Shown piece after piece: positions 25,801 through 38,682 of a stretch of DNA of 64,000 nucleotides (within the stretch, counting starts at the first letter, position 1; each line of letters begins with the position of its first letter). Below the pieces are notes generated by a model. That model was not told the DNA's origin. It did not search any database and saw nothing but the letters and a program-made list of their open reading frames with translations. A program made the position numbers and the translations under genes. The DNA is from Octopus vulgaris (Eukaryota): assembly GCA_951406725.2 (NCBI GenBank), contig OX597833.1, positions 28,582,001 to 28,646,000 of the forward strand, read 5' to 3'.

Positions 25801-28800
25801 ATGCTTTAGAAAGTCAACTGCATAGTTATCCCCCTTAGTTGTAACATAACTTCACTATCTGATGGCAAAATCAGAATGTAAGGAAGAAAATGATTTTCTG
25901 TTGAAAAGTATAAATTCCACATCCTATTAACTATGATATCATTAGTATCTTGCTCATTTTGAAGCCAACCAGCCATTTATAGCGTACTAAAACAAGTCTA
26001 GACAGTTTAGTTGCAATGAATAATTAGTAGTTTGCTATTCCAAAAGTAAGTTCTAACATCAGGGCCAAATTGATGTATGATGAGATATTTACAAATGTAA
26101 ATCTTTTTTAATCATGTTTTCCTGAGAATCCCTATCTTTCCTAGAAATATGATTATATTTCAGTCAGGAGTCTTAGTAACTTGGTAGTGTGATGCCTGTA
26201 CTAGAAATGTATATGGTGTGAGAATGAAATTTATGTTATTTAACTTTTAAATGCTGCATAACTTTTGGTTCAAAATTATTGAAAATAATTTTAACTTGCT
26301 CTTAACCTTCTGGCATTCAGATAATTTTGTCATGCAATGCTTATTTATTCACATTTTGTATTAATCATGTATTATCTAAAAGATTTTGATGATGTGGTTA
26401 TTTATTTTTAGAATAACATTGTAGGATGAGGCTAGATCTGGTCAGTTTGAACATAAAAACAGGTAGAATATTGGGGCCAGATATGGTCAGTTTATTGAAA
26501 GGTTTGCTTCTGAATTAAATGGTTTCAAGTTCAGTCCCATTGTGATATCTTGGACCAGTGTCTTCTATAATCCCAGGATGATCAGTGTTCTGTGAGTGGA
26601 TTTGGTAGATAACTGTTGGAAGCCTGATGTTAACATTCCATGTGTTCATTTAAGCAAAATGGGTCCTGCACTTTTGAAAACCTGTGAAATGGTAATGGTA
26701 CCTTGCTAAACAGGTAAGGGTTGACAGAGAAAAGCCATCTGGCTGTAATATATGGTTAAAATTTTATCTCCATACTGGTATTGGACACTGGATATTAAAT
26801 GAGCAAAGTTCAGATGCAGAAAATCATGGCCAACCAAGACATAAAGTGGTCTTGTAGTATATTGAAGTATCTGTTGAGAATAGTGAGGTTTGAACTATTA
26901 TTTATCTGAGTAAGCCATTGTTAGATTGGATAAGTTTCTGTATTCATAAAAGCTTGTTACATGGGACCTATTATGTATTGCGCTTATAGTACTTTAATTG
27001 GATTAAACCATCCCTGTATAATAGTAGTTTACTTACATGGCTCAAGTTGAGGCCATACTTCATTGGTTTTTAACGTATGGATATTGATTTTTAACATGGG
27101 TTTGTGTTGAAAGGAAGACCGGCATGAATTATCTCCCTTGCATCATTAAGCGAACATTTTGTTTTCCATCATGCAGGCGTTCATTGGATATGTGCAGTTA
27201 GTTTTTTTTAATTCAACCTCACGTCCTTGATCGAGCAGATCCCCTTTGAAAGACATTCATCCCCACATTTAATGTACTTTAAACAACACTGAAATATTTT
27301 GTATATTTCTATTTGATTGTGATATACACCAGAATCTTTTAGGCAAGTCACTAGTGTAAGATAGGATGCTGGTGTGTAATTTAGAATTTGGTTGCTATTT
27401 TGAATGACCACATTGACATTTCATTGGCTAGTCATCTTTTTAGTTGTGTATGCAGTGAGTTGGAAAATAAACCTTAGAAATTAGCTGTTGGGTAGGTGTA
27501 GATTAATTAGTAATTGTAAACTACTAATTCATGTGAAATATGAAGACTTACACATGTTCTATATGCATAAATTCTACAAATCAAATCAAAATCTTTCCTA
27601 GTTTCAGTTGTTGCATTTGGCTTACTTCACTAGTATTTTTCTGTCATTTGTTTTCCTTTCCCTGACATTCAGATGCAATGTCTATGTAAGAGATTAACAA
27701 ATGGAAGTTTGTCAATGAATCAAACACTGTTGGATGTGCTAATTGTAAACCGTAATTCTGTCACTGATTCCATTATGCTCAGTGGCCTTATTAACCATTC
27801 ATGAGATTCTACTTCCATATTAATGGTACTGGTTGGTAGAGCAGTTGGCCAAATATGTATAGCTCTAGTTCATAGAGCTTAGTAAAATCCCTATTCTTTC
27901 AGCAGATTAAATGAATTATAAAATATTTGGGATGGAGTTTGATCTTTTCACTGTTCCCTTCTCAAATATAAAATATCTTTGGAAACTAAATCTCATTTTT
28001 CTGTTCTCATTTTTTAAAAATGCATTTCTTTCAGTGAGATATGTAGCATTCTTTCATCATCATCATCATCATCATTAGTTGATTAATAATTGATGTTTTT
28101 TCTCATTTGTTTTGATAATGATTCATTTTAAGCTTTCAGACCAGTCAGTTTTTAATAAAATAAAAATAAAATTCAATTAAAATAAATGCAATCTTAAATC
28201 CTTTTATTTACTGAATAAACCTCACTTCACTAAAAACATGACTTGCTTTTCTTCACTTTGGATATTTTATTATTTGGCAGAATCAGCAAGGGATTTTTAA
28301 TGCCTTGTGATTTTTAGTTATATATCTTTACACTGCTTGTTTGGTTGAGGTTAACTGTCATTCATCTTTCTGGGAGAGGGACAGATGGTGAATAACTGAG
28401 TCAATGTAATCTGTTTTACCCTTCCTCTACTGAAAGATTATAAGCGTGTCTCTTTTATTTTTCTTTCTACTTCTCACTTCACTTTTTTATTATTATTTCA
28501 ACTTTTGACTTGCATTATCCTAGTATGGAGACTCACCAATAATATTGGGTGGAGTAGGTACTATTAAGAATTTAATGGATCTGTTTAGAAAATTAGTTTT
28601 TCCAAAAGTTGTGAGGGGATCACTTTATTGGCTGAGTTTGGGCTTTTTATGAAATGCCTGGTAGTGTTTGATCTGTTTCTTTGTTTTGAGTGTTAAGGCA
28701 GATACAACAAATTTGTATCTAAGCAACATGTTTTGTCTTGTAACGGTGAGGTGAAAGTAACAACATTTTTTTTCTTGTGAAAAATCAGCAGCAATTAGAC

Positions 28801-31267
28801 ACTTTAAAAGGAAGGATGACATCTGTGGGTTGGGGTCTGGATGTTGAGACCATATACCCTATCTTGATTATTGGATGGAGTGCTGTTCAAACACATTAAC
28901 TCTGATTTGATAGAAGCACACTTATTTGGGCTGGTGGTGTGTGAATGTTGGAAAACCTTTATGGTATTTTTACTCTTTAATCTCATGTCAGCCCTGATAG
29001 AACTGATCTCTTCATTGGCACTTCCTCTCTTTTTTTATTTTTAAATCTTTTCCTCCTTGGCTGGTAAAAATACCACTCTAGTAATGGGGTAAATGAAATT
29101 GACCAATTCCTTCCCTCAAAATTACTATGCTTGTACTTTAATGAGAAACCTTTATTCAGGTGGTGAGCTGGGGTTGATGGTTGACATGTAGACAAAATTC
29201 TTATTAGTATTCTAGTTTTTATGTTTAGTCCAAATTTTGCTGCAGGAAACCTCTTTGGAGGTTGACGTAATAAAATAGAAGTCAGGTGCTGGAGTTGATA
29301 CAATTGACTTTACCCTTCCTTTTAAAATAGCTAATCTTGTTCCAAAATAAGAATTAAGGTGGTGAGCTGTCTGACTCTTGCACGTTAGACCAACTGCTTA
29401 GCAGTATTTAAAAAAATATTTTTTTTACCCGGACATTCAAGTTCAATTATGCTTTTCATCCTTTCAAGTACTAGTCAAGCACTGAAAGTGCTGTAATCTA
29501 CCAATTCCATGCCTTGTGCCGAAAATGTGAAACTTATTTTTGCAGGCATCACGAATCCAATTGGATTACCTAGTTTAAATGTCTGTGATTTAAGGGATTT
29601 CTAGCAGTCCAAATGACTAGATGAGTTTTCCACCTGCTTATCTGCCATTTTGATTGTGGTCACTTGGTGGTTGGTAGTGTTCTGTAGTTTAGCAGTTAAT
29701 GTATAGTAAATATTTCATTTTGTACCTGTCTTTTTAGGTGTTAATTATGAGGTACATTCAATTGCTGTTTGTAGTGTCAAGCAACCTCTAACAAGTTAAT
29801 CTGTGAAGGGAGTCGGATTAAACTCAGACATGTGCAACAATTGGTCGAGTGAGAAGATTCTAAGTGGTACTGGACGGAATTTGGTAGAGAGTATGCAGCT
29901 ATCCCCAAAGTAGATGCTGTGATTGTGAGGGAAGAAATCACTTAAGTTCATTAGTGTTGTGAGTTTATATTGCTATTGAATAGCAGTATAATTTAGTCGT
30001 TTTTTTTTTTTTTTTCTTTTCCTCAACGAATGTTATATCTGAAATTTAAGAGCAATTTAGATTTTTTTTTTTTGTAATTTCATTAGCCACTCGTCGCCGG
30101 TGGTTAATGATGCGAGAGTGATTTCCCTTGCAATATCTTTCTTTCCGAAGTGGTATTCCGAACCTACTGAAAAGGAACACCAGTGCAACGAAGTTATTTC
30201 AGCTTTTGGCATGAAGAAATTAAAAACGTATATTGATAGCTATTACCTCGATTTCATGAATTATGCAGGTTTTCGAGATCGTGATCCTTTCCATTGACAT
30301 ATTTTAAAAAATCAAATGCACTGAGAATTACTGTACTATTTAGGTTGCTCAGTCTGCTAAAAGCAACAGCTAAATCACACCTCGTTTTGAAAGAAGAAGC
30401 ATACATTAGATAATGTTGTTCAAGGTACACATTCCTGGAAAAGAGACGGACGACGTTGGCTGAACTGCCTGATCATAATTCAGCATGGGTTAATGTATTA
30501 AATCCTTTTGAAACAATCCTCTCACTGACCCAGTCTATTAAGTTGTAAATAGGTGTAATGTACAGCTACACTCAGTGTATCTAGTAGCAACTGAAGAAAG
30601 TCATTGGTGTTTGCTGTATTGTTAATGTTCGTTCTAATTCAGCCATTGAACATCAACTAAATCAATTTCCTAGGTTCAGGTCAGTCAGTGACAGCCATTC
30701 GGTATGCTCCTTCCACTCTCAAACGAAGATTAATATTATTCCTACTAGAAATAGCAGTGAAATTATTCGTATATAACATTGTATTGTTTTCAAGAGGGAT
30801 AGGATACATTGGATAACGAACACTTGGATTAACTATTACTGAAATTAAACGTCTTACTGCTAAAAGGCATGTTATCGTAGGTTCATTCATATGGAGCTAA
30901 ACAGCAAAGATTGAGCCTCTCTACTTTGAAATCTTTTAACCCACAAGAAAAGATTCTCTGCTGTGTGATATTGTTAAACTAATATTACATGCTTTGGGAA
31001 TTTCGTATTTCTATTGTTTTATACTGTTTGAAACTAAGATGGTTCGAGGTAACAGTTCGGCAATTTGGTTGGATATATACAAAAGAAAGGATCATCTGCG
31101 ATTGGGGATTCATTTGTTTAAATAATGTACTATGCAACCTTTTCGTCTCTATATAACGAATTTCCAGTTGATCTAAATATGAGATGTTTTCCCGTTACAA
31201 GACAAAGGAGCATTAATAAAAGCAAACAACCGATTCGTTTATAACATAAAGTAGGCTGTGTTGTAAG

Positions 31268-31305
31268 CAGGGCCTCTCGCTTCACACGCGAGAGACCCTG
31301 GGTTC
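31268..31305 (+). pseudogene. tRNA-Val(CAC) fragment embedded in a SINE remnant
   Basis: ctcgcttcacacgcgagagaccctgggttc matches the anticodon arm to T-arm of the tRNA at 33632-33704 with one mismatch. Confidence 0.7.
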
Positions 31306-33631
31306 CGGGTTCAGTGCCACGGAAACTGAAAAGCCCGTCGTATGTATATATATATATATATGTGTGTGTGTGTCTGTCATTCGAAATATTTCTGAAACTG
31401 TGAAACCCATGGAATTTGGAGATCTGCGATAGTGTCATCAATTCGTTTCAAAAAGGAATTGATACTTGCGAAGAGATTCTTATCACACGAAAATCGAATT
31501 GAATCAATTCAAAGTTATTCGTTGAGATAATGCAATCCAGCTCGTAGGAACTTTCGAACAGGACGCAGAAGATGTATAAAAGCATTAGAATATATCGGAT
31601 CAAGCGATCCGAAGCTTCATGCATGCATTGAACTCATTCAACAGTTTTGATTCTGGATGATATAGAGGCATGTCCATAGGTTTACCTCCGATCTTACCTA
31701 GCTATTTACCCAAGACATTATAACGCGCTGACAATATATTCTGCAAACGTCAATTAGTTGTATGATGTGGACATTATAAAGGAAATATTACGTGTGGTGG
31801 CTGGACACTCAGCTTGGAGAGCGGTGAACGGAATAATATGCTTATGAAATTAACGGGAAAGTGGCTGAGCACTCCATAGACGCGCGTACCTTTAACGTAG
31901 TTCTCAAGGAAGTTCAGCGTGACAATGTGACGAAGCTGGCCCGTTGAACTATTAAGTTCTATCACGTGTAAACTGTTGAAATAATACAGGGAGCGTCAGA
32001 CTGTATGATATGGAAGTATGGTGTGCAGTAAACTGACAGATAGTCGAAAAATTCGAGAAGTTGTGGTACGTGTAGAAAATATGGTAGGCGGAATATGGAG
32101 GAAATATTAGGACGGTAGTGTGGAAAAAATGTGGTTGAATCATTTTTGTATGGCGAGATAAATGAGAAAACAAAATATATGGGAAAACTCGTGAGGAGAT
32201 ATGAGATTCAGGGCGGGGAAATATTCATTGTGTATTGTTGAAAAAATATGTTGTTTAACCTCCTCACATCATCCTGTCTTTAAATCCATAACCATCCTGT
32301 GGTTTTATAGGCGTCTAAGATTGCACTGTCTAACGTCATTTTCCTTGTTTAAGAATGCGTTGTAGCACGATGGATATTTACATATGCATTAATATGCAGG
32401 CATGCACCGGCACGTGTTTGTGTGTGTGCGTGTTGCTGTTGTTGTTATTTCCGTTTTTGAGCCCCAGCAAACCTATGGTTAAAGCACTCTAAACGTTACC
32501 ATCCTATAGATTACATTTTCAGCCATTTTAAAAATCATAAATGGAAGCGGAAAATTATCGTAGGCAATCGGCATTAACTTTTTTTGAAATATTGAAATTA
32601 TGAACAAACTTATTTTCAAAATCGTTATCTCCGTGCTTTTAAATTTGGGTCCCCAAAAGCAATTTATGAAATGCTAAAAACACAAAATAGAAAAAGAAAT
32701 GGGGGCTTGTTGGATTAAAATTAGTAATTTGAAAAGTTTTATTTATTTATTTTTGTAAAATAATCTCCGTAGTTGAAATTTTTGGTGGGGGGGGGGGGGG
32801 GCAAAGAAACGAAGAGTATGGGGTTTTCCGCCTGAGTAACGTTAAAATTTCCATTTTCAGTTTGTGTTCTCAAGTCCATTTTATATATCCATTTCATCTT
32901 TTAAGACGGTCGGGTGTGATTTTGAGGGCATTTTGCTGCTATTTCAAGCATACTGAATGACCAAGTAGAGCCTTACATTATAATTGTGTTAAATGATATT
33001 AGATTGGTGGCCGTGAGAGCAACAGTGATGTTAGAAAGAAATGTGGTTCAAGTCTGCGTTCGAATCTCTCTTATTTCTGTTACATCAAAATGCTTGCATG
33101 ACAAAAAATAATCAAACTGAATTCAATAAGTTGATGACTGTCCTCTCGTCAATAAAAGAAGACGTAAATGTTATGCATATCTCAAAAGCGTTAGTGACTT
33201 AAGAAAGTTGACCGAATCGTTTCACCGATAAAAGAAACCGGTGTAACAACCTTAAACTACTCCATTTTAAGTTACTTCCCGGTAATCTGAAATTCTTCTT
33301 CTTGTAGTAGTAGTAGTAGTATAAAATATTCTAAAATCATATTGGGTGGGGTGAAATTTCTTTCCAGGTACCACCCAAAAGTAATTTGAAATCGTTATGA
33401 AGTTACCAGGAGAAACAAACTGGTGAAATTCGAACTAAAGAACCTTTACGTTCTTCTTAGACATGTTAACAGCCCAAACTCACTGAAATCACGACCGACT
33501 GTCTTAATAAAAGACTTTGAATTATGGGGTTTCGAGTTCCTGTGCATAAATGGTTTGCAGTCAGAATGACATTGATTACATTTAGGAGCAGAACACTTAC
33601 AAATATACTGAAATAAAAAAAAGTAAACCAC

Positions 33632-33704
33632 TGGTTCCGCTGGGGATCGAACCCAGGGCCTCTCGCGTGTGAAGCGAGCGTGATAACCACTACACTACGG
33701 AACC
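33632..33704 (-). tRNA. tRNA-Val(CAC)
   Basis: Minus strand GGTTCCGTAGTGTAGTGGTTATCACGCTCGCTTCACACGCGAGAGGCCCTGGGTTCGATCCCCAGCGGAACCA forms a 73-nt cloverleaf with intact A and B boxes. T8 Pol III terminator about 10 nt downstream; TATA-like tract about 30 nt upstream. Confidence 0.95.
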
Positions 33705-33879
33705 TGATTGGATACCGTGGCGAAATTTATAGTATATATACTATATCTCATCAGTGTTGTGCGTATTAGCAAAAAATATAATTATTTTTATTGTAGAATT
33801 ACATTTTACTTCTTTTAATATTTTTGCTCCAGCTGCGTAATTAGATATATATGTGTGTATGTACAAAAATCTATGTGTA

Positions 33880-34300
33880 GCCGTGTTCTTTTTGTTTTTC
33901 CGTCCAGGCGCACGCAGCGCGTGATGTCAGGTGGCCACGTGATCGAGCAACATCCGTCAGGGGTTGGCTGGTGCAGCGTGACGTCGTTCCCCGCACTCGC
34001 TTACACATATAAACATACCAACACTTACTTACACATACACACATTCACTCCTAACTGTCTCTCATACACACACGTAAATTTATGTACAGAACATATACAT
34101 TCACACACACATATATATACGTACATACATACATATATGCACACATGCTAATTTGCGCGCACGCACATGCATATGCAAACTGATGTGGAAGTACACGCAT
34201 ACAGCCAGTGTAGAAGTAGCAGCAGTAACTGCACTCTGATTGGCTAATTCAGCCCCCGTTCCTTCTTGACCGTTATCATCTGCAAGTCACGTGTCATTCT
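33880..34300. promoter_or_regulatory. CpG-rich promoter/enhancer-like patch
   Basis: GGCCACGTGA, CAGGTG, GTGACGTC, TTTGCGCGC, GATTGG (reverse CCAAT) and GTCACGTG cluster in otherwise CpG-poor DNA. Confidence 0.35.
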
Positions 34301-34607
34301 TCACAACATTATTTTGTTGATGTTTTGTATTGCATTCCTTTTTGTATTTTCATTCATTCCATATAAAACAACGGCGCATTCGATGCTCTCCTCTCTCTCT
34401 CTCTTTGTCTCTTTCCCTCTCCTCTCTATTGCTTTCATCTTTCATCACCATCAAACAAAAGAGAACGACAGAAAAATAAATGTATGGTTTTATATTGAGA
34501 AAATATTTCGCACACATATATATACATATATGTATATATACACATACATACATATATATATCGTCTATTTGAATGTTTTGCGTTCTTGTCCCATTTTATA
34601 TATTTTT

Positions 34608-34666
<59 letters not shown>

Positions 34667-35824
34667 TATGTATATGTGTGTGTGTGTGTGTGTGTGTATA
34701 AAGGTATACATATATGCATATATACATACATATATGTACATACATACATATATATGTATGTATGTATACATGCATATATGGGTACAGGACATAAAAAAAC
34801 GTGGGCAGAATGAGAAACGAGAACATAAAAAACAAAAACATAGAAAACGAACTTTTTTCGAACAACGAAAAAACAAACAAATAGAGAAATGAGACATGCA
34901 AGAAAAAGAATATTCCCTTCATCAGTTGTCCCCTGTTCTATCTACTCCGCGTTTATACATACACACACAGAAAATTTATTGTATGATTCCTTTTGAATTA
35001 AGGTATTTTAACATCCAGGACACCAGAAAAGGGTTGAGTTTAGCACATACGTGTATATACCACATACAAACATATCCGTATATACATGTGCATATACGAA
35101 CATATCCACACACACACACACATGTACATGCACACATATATAGTCACATACATATAAATATACACATACATACTTACAAATGCACACACGCATGTTAGTT
35201 CATGTTCCAATGCAAGTTCCAGATTCAACATAGGGCAGGTTCCAGGAATGGTTCTTGCATAAAATAAGAACACATGTGTTAAAGGTTCACTACAGCTGTT
35301 TTAGACGCATTTTTATTGATGGTTATTTCGCTCACATCATGAAAAAAACATTCTCTTCAATGATACCTAACAGAGAGATCAATACACATCTTGGGGTATT
35401 TTTTCTCCTGATCAAAATTTTAATCACGTGCAGAAAACGGTTTTTTCAAAGTGTAATCAAACGTTTCATCAATAGGAAATGCGTCTGAAACAGCTGTAGT
35501 GAACCTTTAACCCATTCATGCTCTGGACGGAAAAACGAAAAGAACACAGCTACACATACATTTTTGTACATACACACGTATATATTTTTGTATACACGCG
35601 CGCGTAAGAAACCATTGGTAACTCTATGTCCAAGATATAAAATTTTTGTTTGTGCTGCAAGATTCCTGATGCGAAATCGTGTGTTGGAACAGATACTGTT
35701 GTATTTCGGGACGGTCATTCTTTTTTTGCCAAATAAACACACACACTATATATTTTCTTCACTCGTTTATTACTGTTTTTATTTTAGGAATAAGTGGAGC
35801 AAGAATACACACGAAAACGAAATA

Positions 35825-35869
35825 TGTCGCTGAAGAGGTCACAGATGTGTGACGAAAAATTTTCGGACA
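35825..35869 (+). ncRNA. Minimal type I hammerhead ribozyme motif (slightly degenerate)
   Basis: tgtcg-CTGAAGA-g-gtcac(agatgt)gtgac-GAAA-aattt-TC-ggaca. Confidence 0.6.
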
Positions 35870-35951
35870 ATGGACAGGAGTTAAAATAAGAACAGTAATA
35901 AACGAGTAAAGTGCGTGTGTTTATTTGAAAAAAAAAAAAGATCGCCCCGAA

Positions 35952-36031
<80 letters not shown>

Positions 36032-38175
36032 AAGGTTAAGTCTATCTATTTTTAGGTGTCTGTATACACACACTCACATATATACAGATACACCATACTA
36101 CACATAAACATACACACACGAGAGAGAGAGAGAGAGAGCGGGCCAATGGTTAAGAAGTTCGCTTTGCAGCTACGAACTCCACTTCATTGCATCTTTCCAT
36201 AGATTAGAGTTAACCTATACCTTACAAATTAATTCGGGTAGACGGAAACTGTATAGAAAGAATACAGTCCGGTATTTGAAAAGATAGAGTAATCACTCTG
36301 ATTCTGCCTGAGAATTATACTAAAGATGCACCTGCCTGTGCATTGTCCACCCATTTATAGGAGATCGAAGAATTGTATCCTCTTGGTCGAACGACGGAGA
36401 TCCATCATTACAACGCGCGATGCAAACACACACACAGCTTTCCGTCACATCTTGGATGTATCGTAGAAATTTTAAACCTGGAAGTTATCCAAAACTTTAT
36501 TTTATCGACCTCAACCAGCTGAAAGGCGGTGTTGGTTATGTGTGTGTGTGTAAGAGTGAAAGGGGTAACGAAATCTCAGTTCCCAATAAATGGATATGTG
36601 TATACATGCAAGTACATTTCTGTAGAGGCAGAAATTCAGTTTTTAGATGTGAAGTTGATGAAATTGCTTAAGATTAAAAAGCCACTATAGTCAAGGGAAG
36701 TAACTCTCGCATCATTCTGCCGCTATGGCCGTGTTGTATCTATTAAGTGAACCAGTACGGTTATGTATGATGCTGGGGTGGTGAGTGATTGTTGTGCTTT
36801 AGTCAGGTCAGCCTTAAACAGCAGATCTATAATCAAAGGATCCAAGTCGTGATTATCATTCTTAAATCATTGTATAACGTGTTCTTCCTATTTCCAAACA
36901 CTAAATTGATAAAAGTGAATTTCGCTGCTTTTTCTAGCAGGTTGAATAACTGCATAGGGACTTTCTTTGTTGACTAACTTTAGTTTAGATATAGTTGAAC
37001 AGTCGTTTTTAACATTGGGATAAGGCTTCCGTAAGACGAAGGTGGGGAAGTTGAATCCACACCAGTGTATGTCCTTGAAAAGCGAAACACGAAAATCAAT
37101 AATGGTTGCGGTTTCCATCTTAAAATTGTCGTTGGATGCAACTAAATGATGTCAGGCATTTAAGAGTTGCAAGGCCAGAAATGTGTGAGAGGATATAGTT
37201 GATGAACAAATTTACCTTAGTTATCTTATTAATACCGCCTGATGCTTATCGTATAAAAGGAAAGAAAATCTAGCCGAAGTCGGCAGGATTTGAACTCGGA
37301 ACGTACATGATGAAAATTAAGCATTTTGTATGGTCGAGGCCCAGAAGTGGGATTGTGTATGTGCGACAAGGTAGAAACAATGTAGAGGAGATATGTTAAC
37401 GTCGGTGTGCGCGCGCGCTTGTGTTAGCAGCAGGTAGCAGTCAGGTGCTGCCACCTATCAGAGCAGTACAACATTACTCATGCTTTTTCTTGTCTGCAAT
37501 CTGGGGAGAGAAAGGTAGAGAGAGAAAACTGAAGACAGTGAGAGACAAAAACAAAGAGGCGATAGAAGCAGAGAAAGAGAAAGGAGACAGAGGAAAAGAA
37601 AAACAGGCAGATAAAGAAACTGAGTGATAGATTTAGAGAACGGGAGTATATATATCTGTAAAGAGAGAGAAGTTAGATCGATCAGTGAGTTTGATTGGTT
37701 GCAAATCTGGTTACATCTTTCTAGGTCAGCTTAGTGAAAAACAACATGGGTTGCTATACAATGATGTGGTGTAGTGGTTGTGTGGCGTGCTGTATTGTTT
37801 GTAGTGTGGTTAGAATTGTGGTTGTATGCATCGTTGTGATGTGAAGTAGTGTGGTGTGGTGTATAAGTACTATGACGTAGTGACTATTTGGTGAGATGAG
37901 GGGCGACGTGACTGTCTGGCGTTGTGTTTAGCCCGTGGTTTGCCTTGCTTGAGCAAACCTTAGATCAAAGTGGTTCCAGCGGTGGCTATCGTATTTTGTT
38001 TAAAGTATAACGTATCCAGAACATAAATATGTCTCCTTCCCTTTTTAAAGACGGCAGAAGTCTGTTTTGATGGAGATTTGGCTGTGAGGTGTCGTGTGAC
38101 GTGTCGTGGCTATATGACCGGGAATATTGAGGTGCTATGTAATTTTGTTTATAAAGTTAGTGAAAGGACGAGGAG

Positions 38176-38640
38176 GCAGTGTCTGTAACCATGCACTGTT
38201 TATAACAAGTCAATGTCTATAGCCAGTTGTGTTTGTTTATGATCATGCAGTGTCTAAAACTTGGAAGTGTTTATAACCAGACTATTTATAATCAGGCAGA
38301 CTATAACTAGACAGTCTCTATAATCAGGCTGTGCTTGCTCATAACCAGGTGATGTTTATAACCTGGACAAGTGTATATAATCAGGAAATGTTTATAAACG
38401 GGAACTGTGATTATGACCAAGCAATATCTATAACCAGAAAACGTCTGTAACCAGCTCTTGACTATAACATAGACGACTAATGTCTATAGCATTGCAGTGT
38501 ATATAACCGTGCAGTGCACATAGCCAGACAGTGTCTATAACCAGTGCCTTTACCTTTGACAGTGTTTATAACAAGATAGTGTTTATAAGCAGGTAGAGTC
38601 TATAATCTTATCCAATGTCTCTATTGAGAGAGTGCTTTTA
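38176..38640. repeat. Degenerate minisatellite, period about 17 bp
   Basis: Tandem variants of (g/a)cagtgt(c/t)tataacca(g). Confidence 0.75.
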
Positions 38641-38682
38641 ATCAGTATCAGTATGGTCTAAGTTATTGGCATTCTTTGAACA

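Noticed and set aside
26075-26126. C/D box snoRNA (ATGATGA...CTGA)
   Set aside because: Boxes only about 45 nt apart, with no convincing terminal stem or guide sequence.
34905-34955. CTGATGA on the minus strand as a hammerhead
   Set aside because: No downstream GAAA or stem II partner; at most a truncated Penelope repeat fragment.
34266-35273. 208-aa ORF and overlapping ORFs
   Set aside because: Driven by (TA)n/(CA)n repeats; no recognisable protein.
38176-38640. CRISPR-like appearance of periodic repeats
   Set aside because: Units are adjacent and degenerate with no unique spacers; no cas genes; eukaryotic context.
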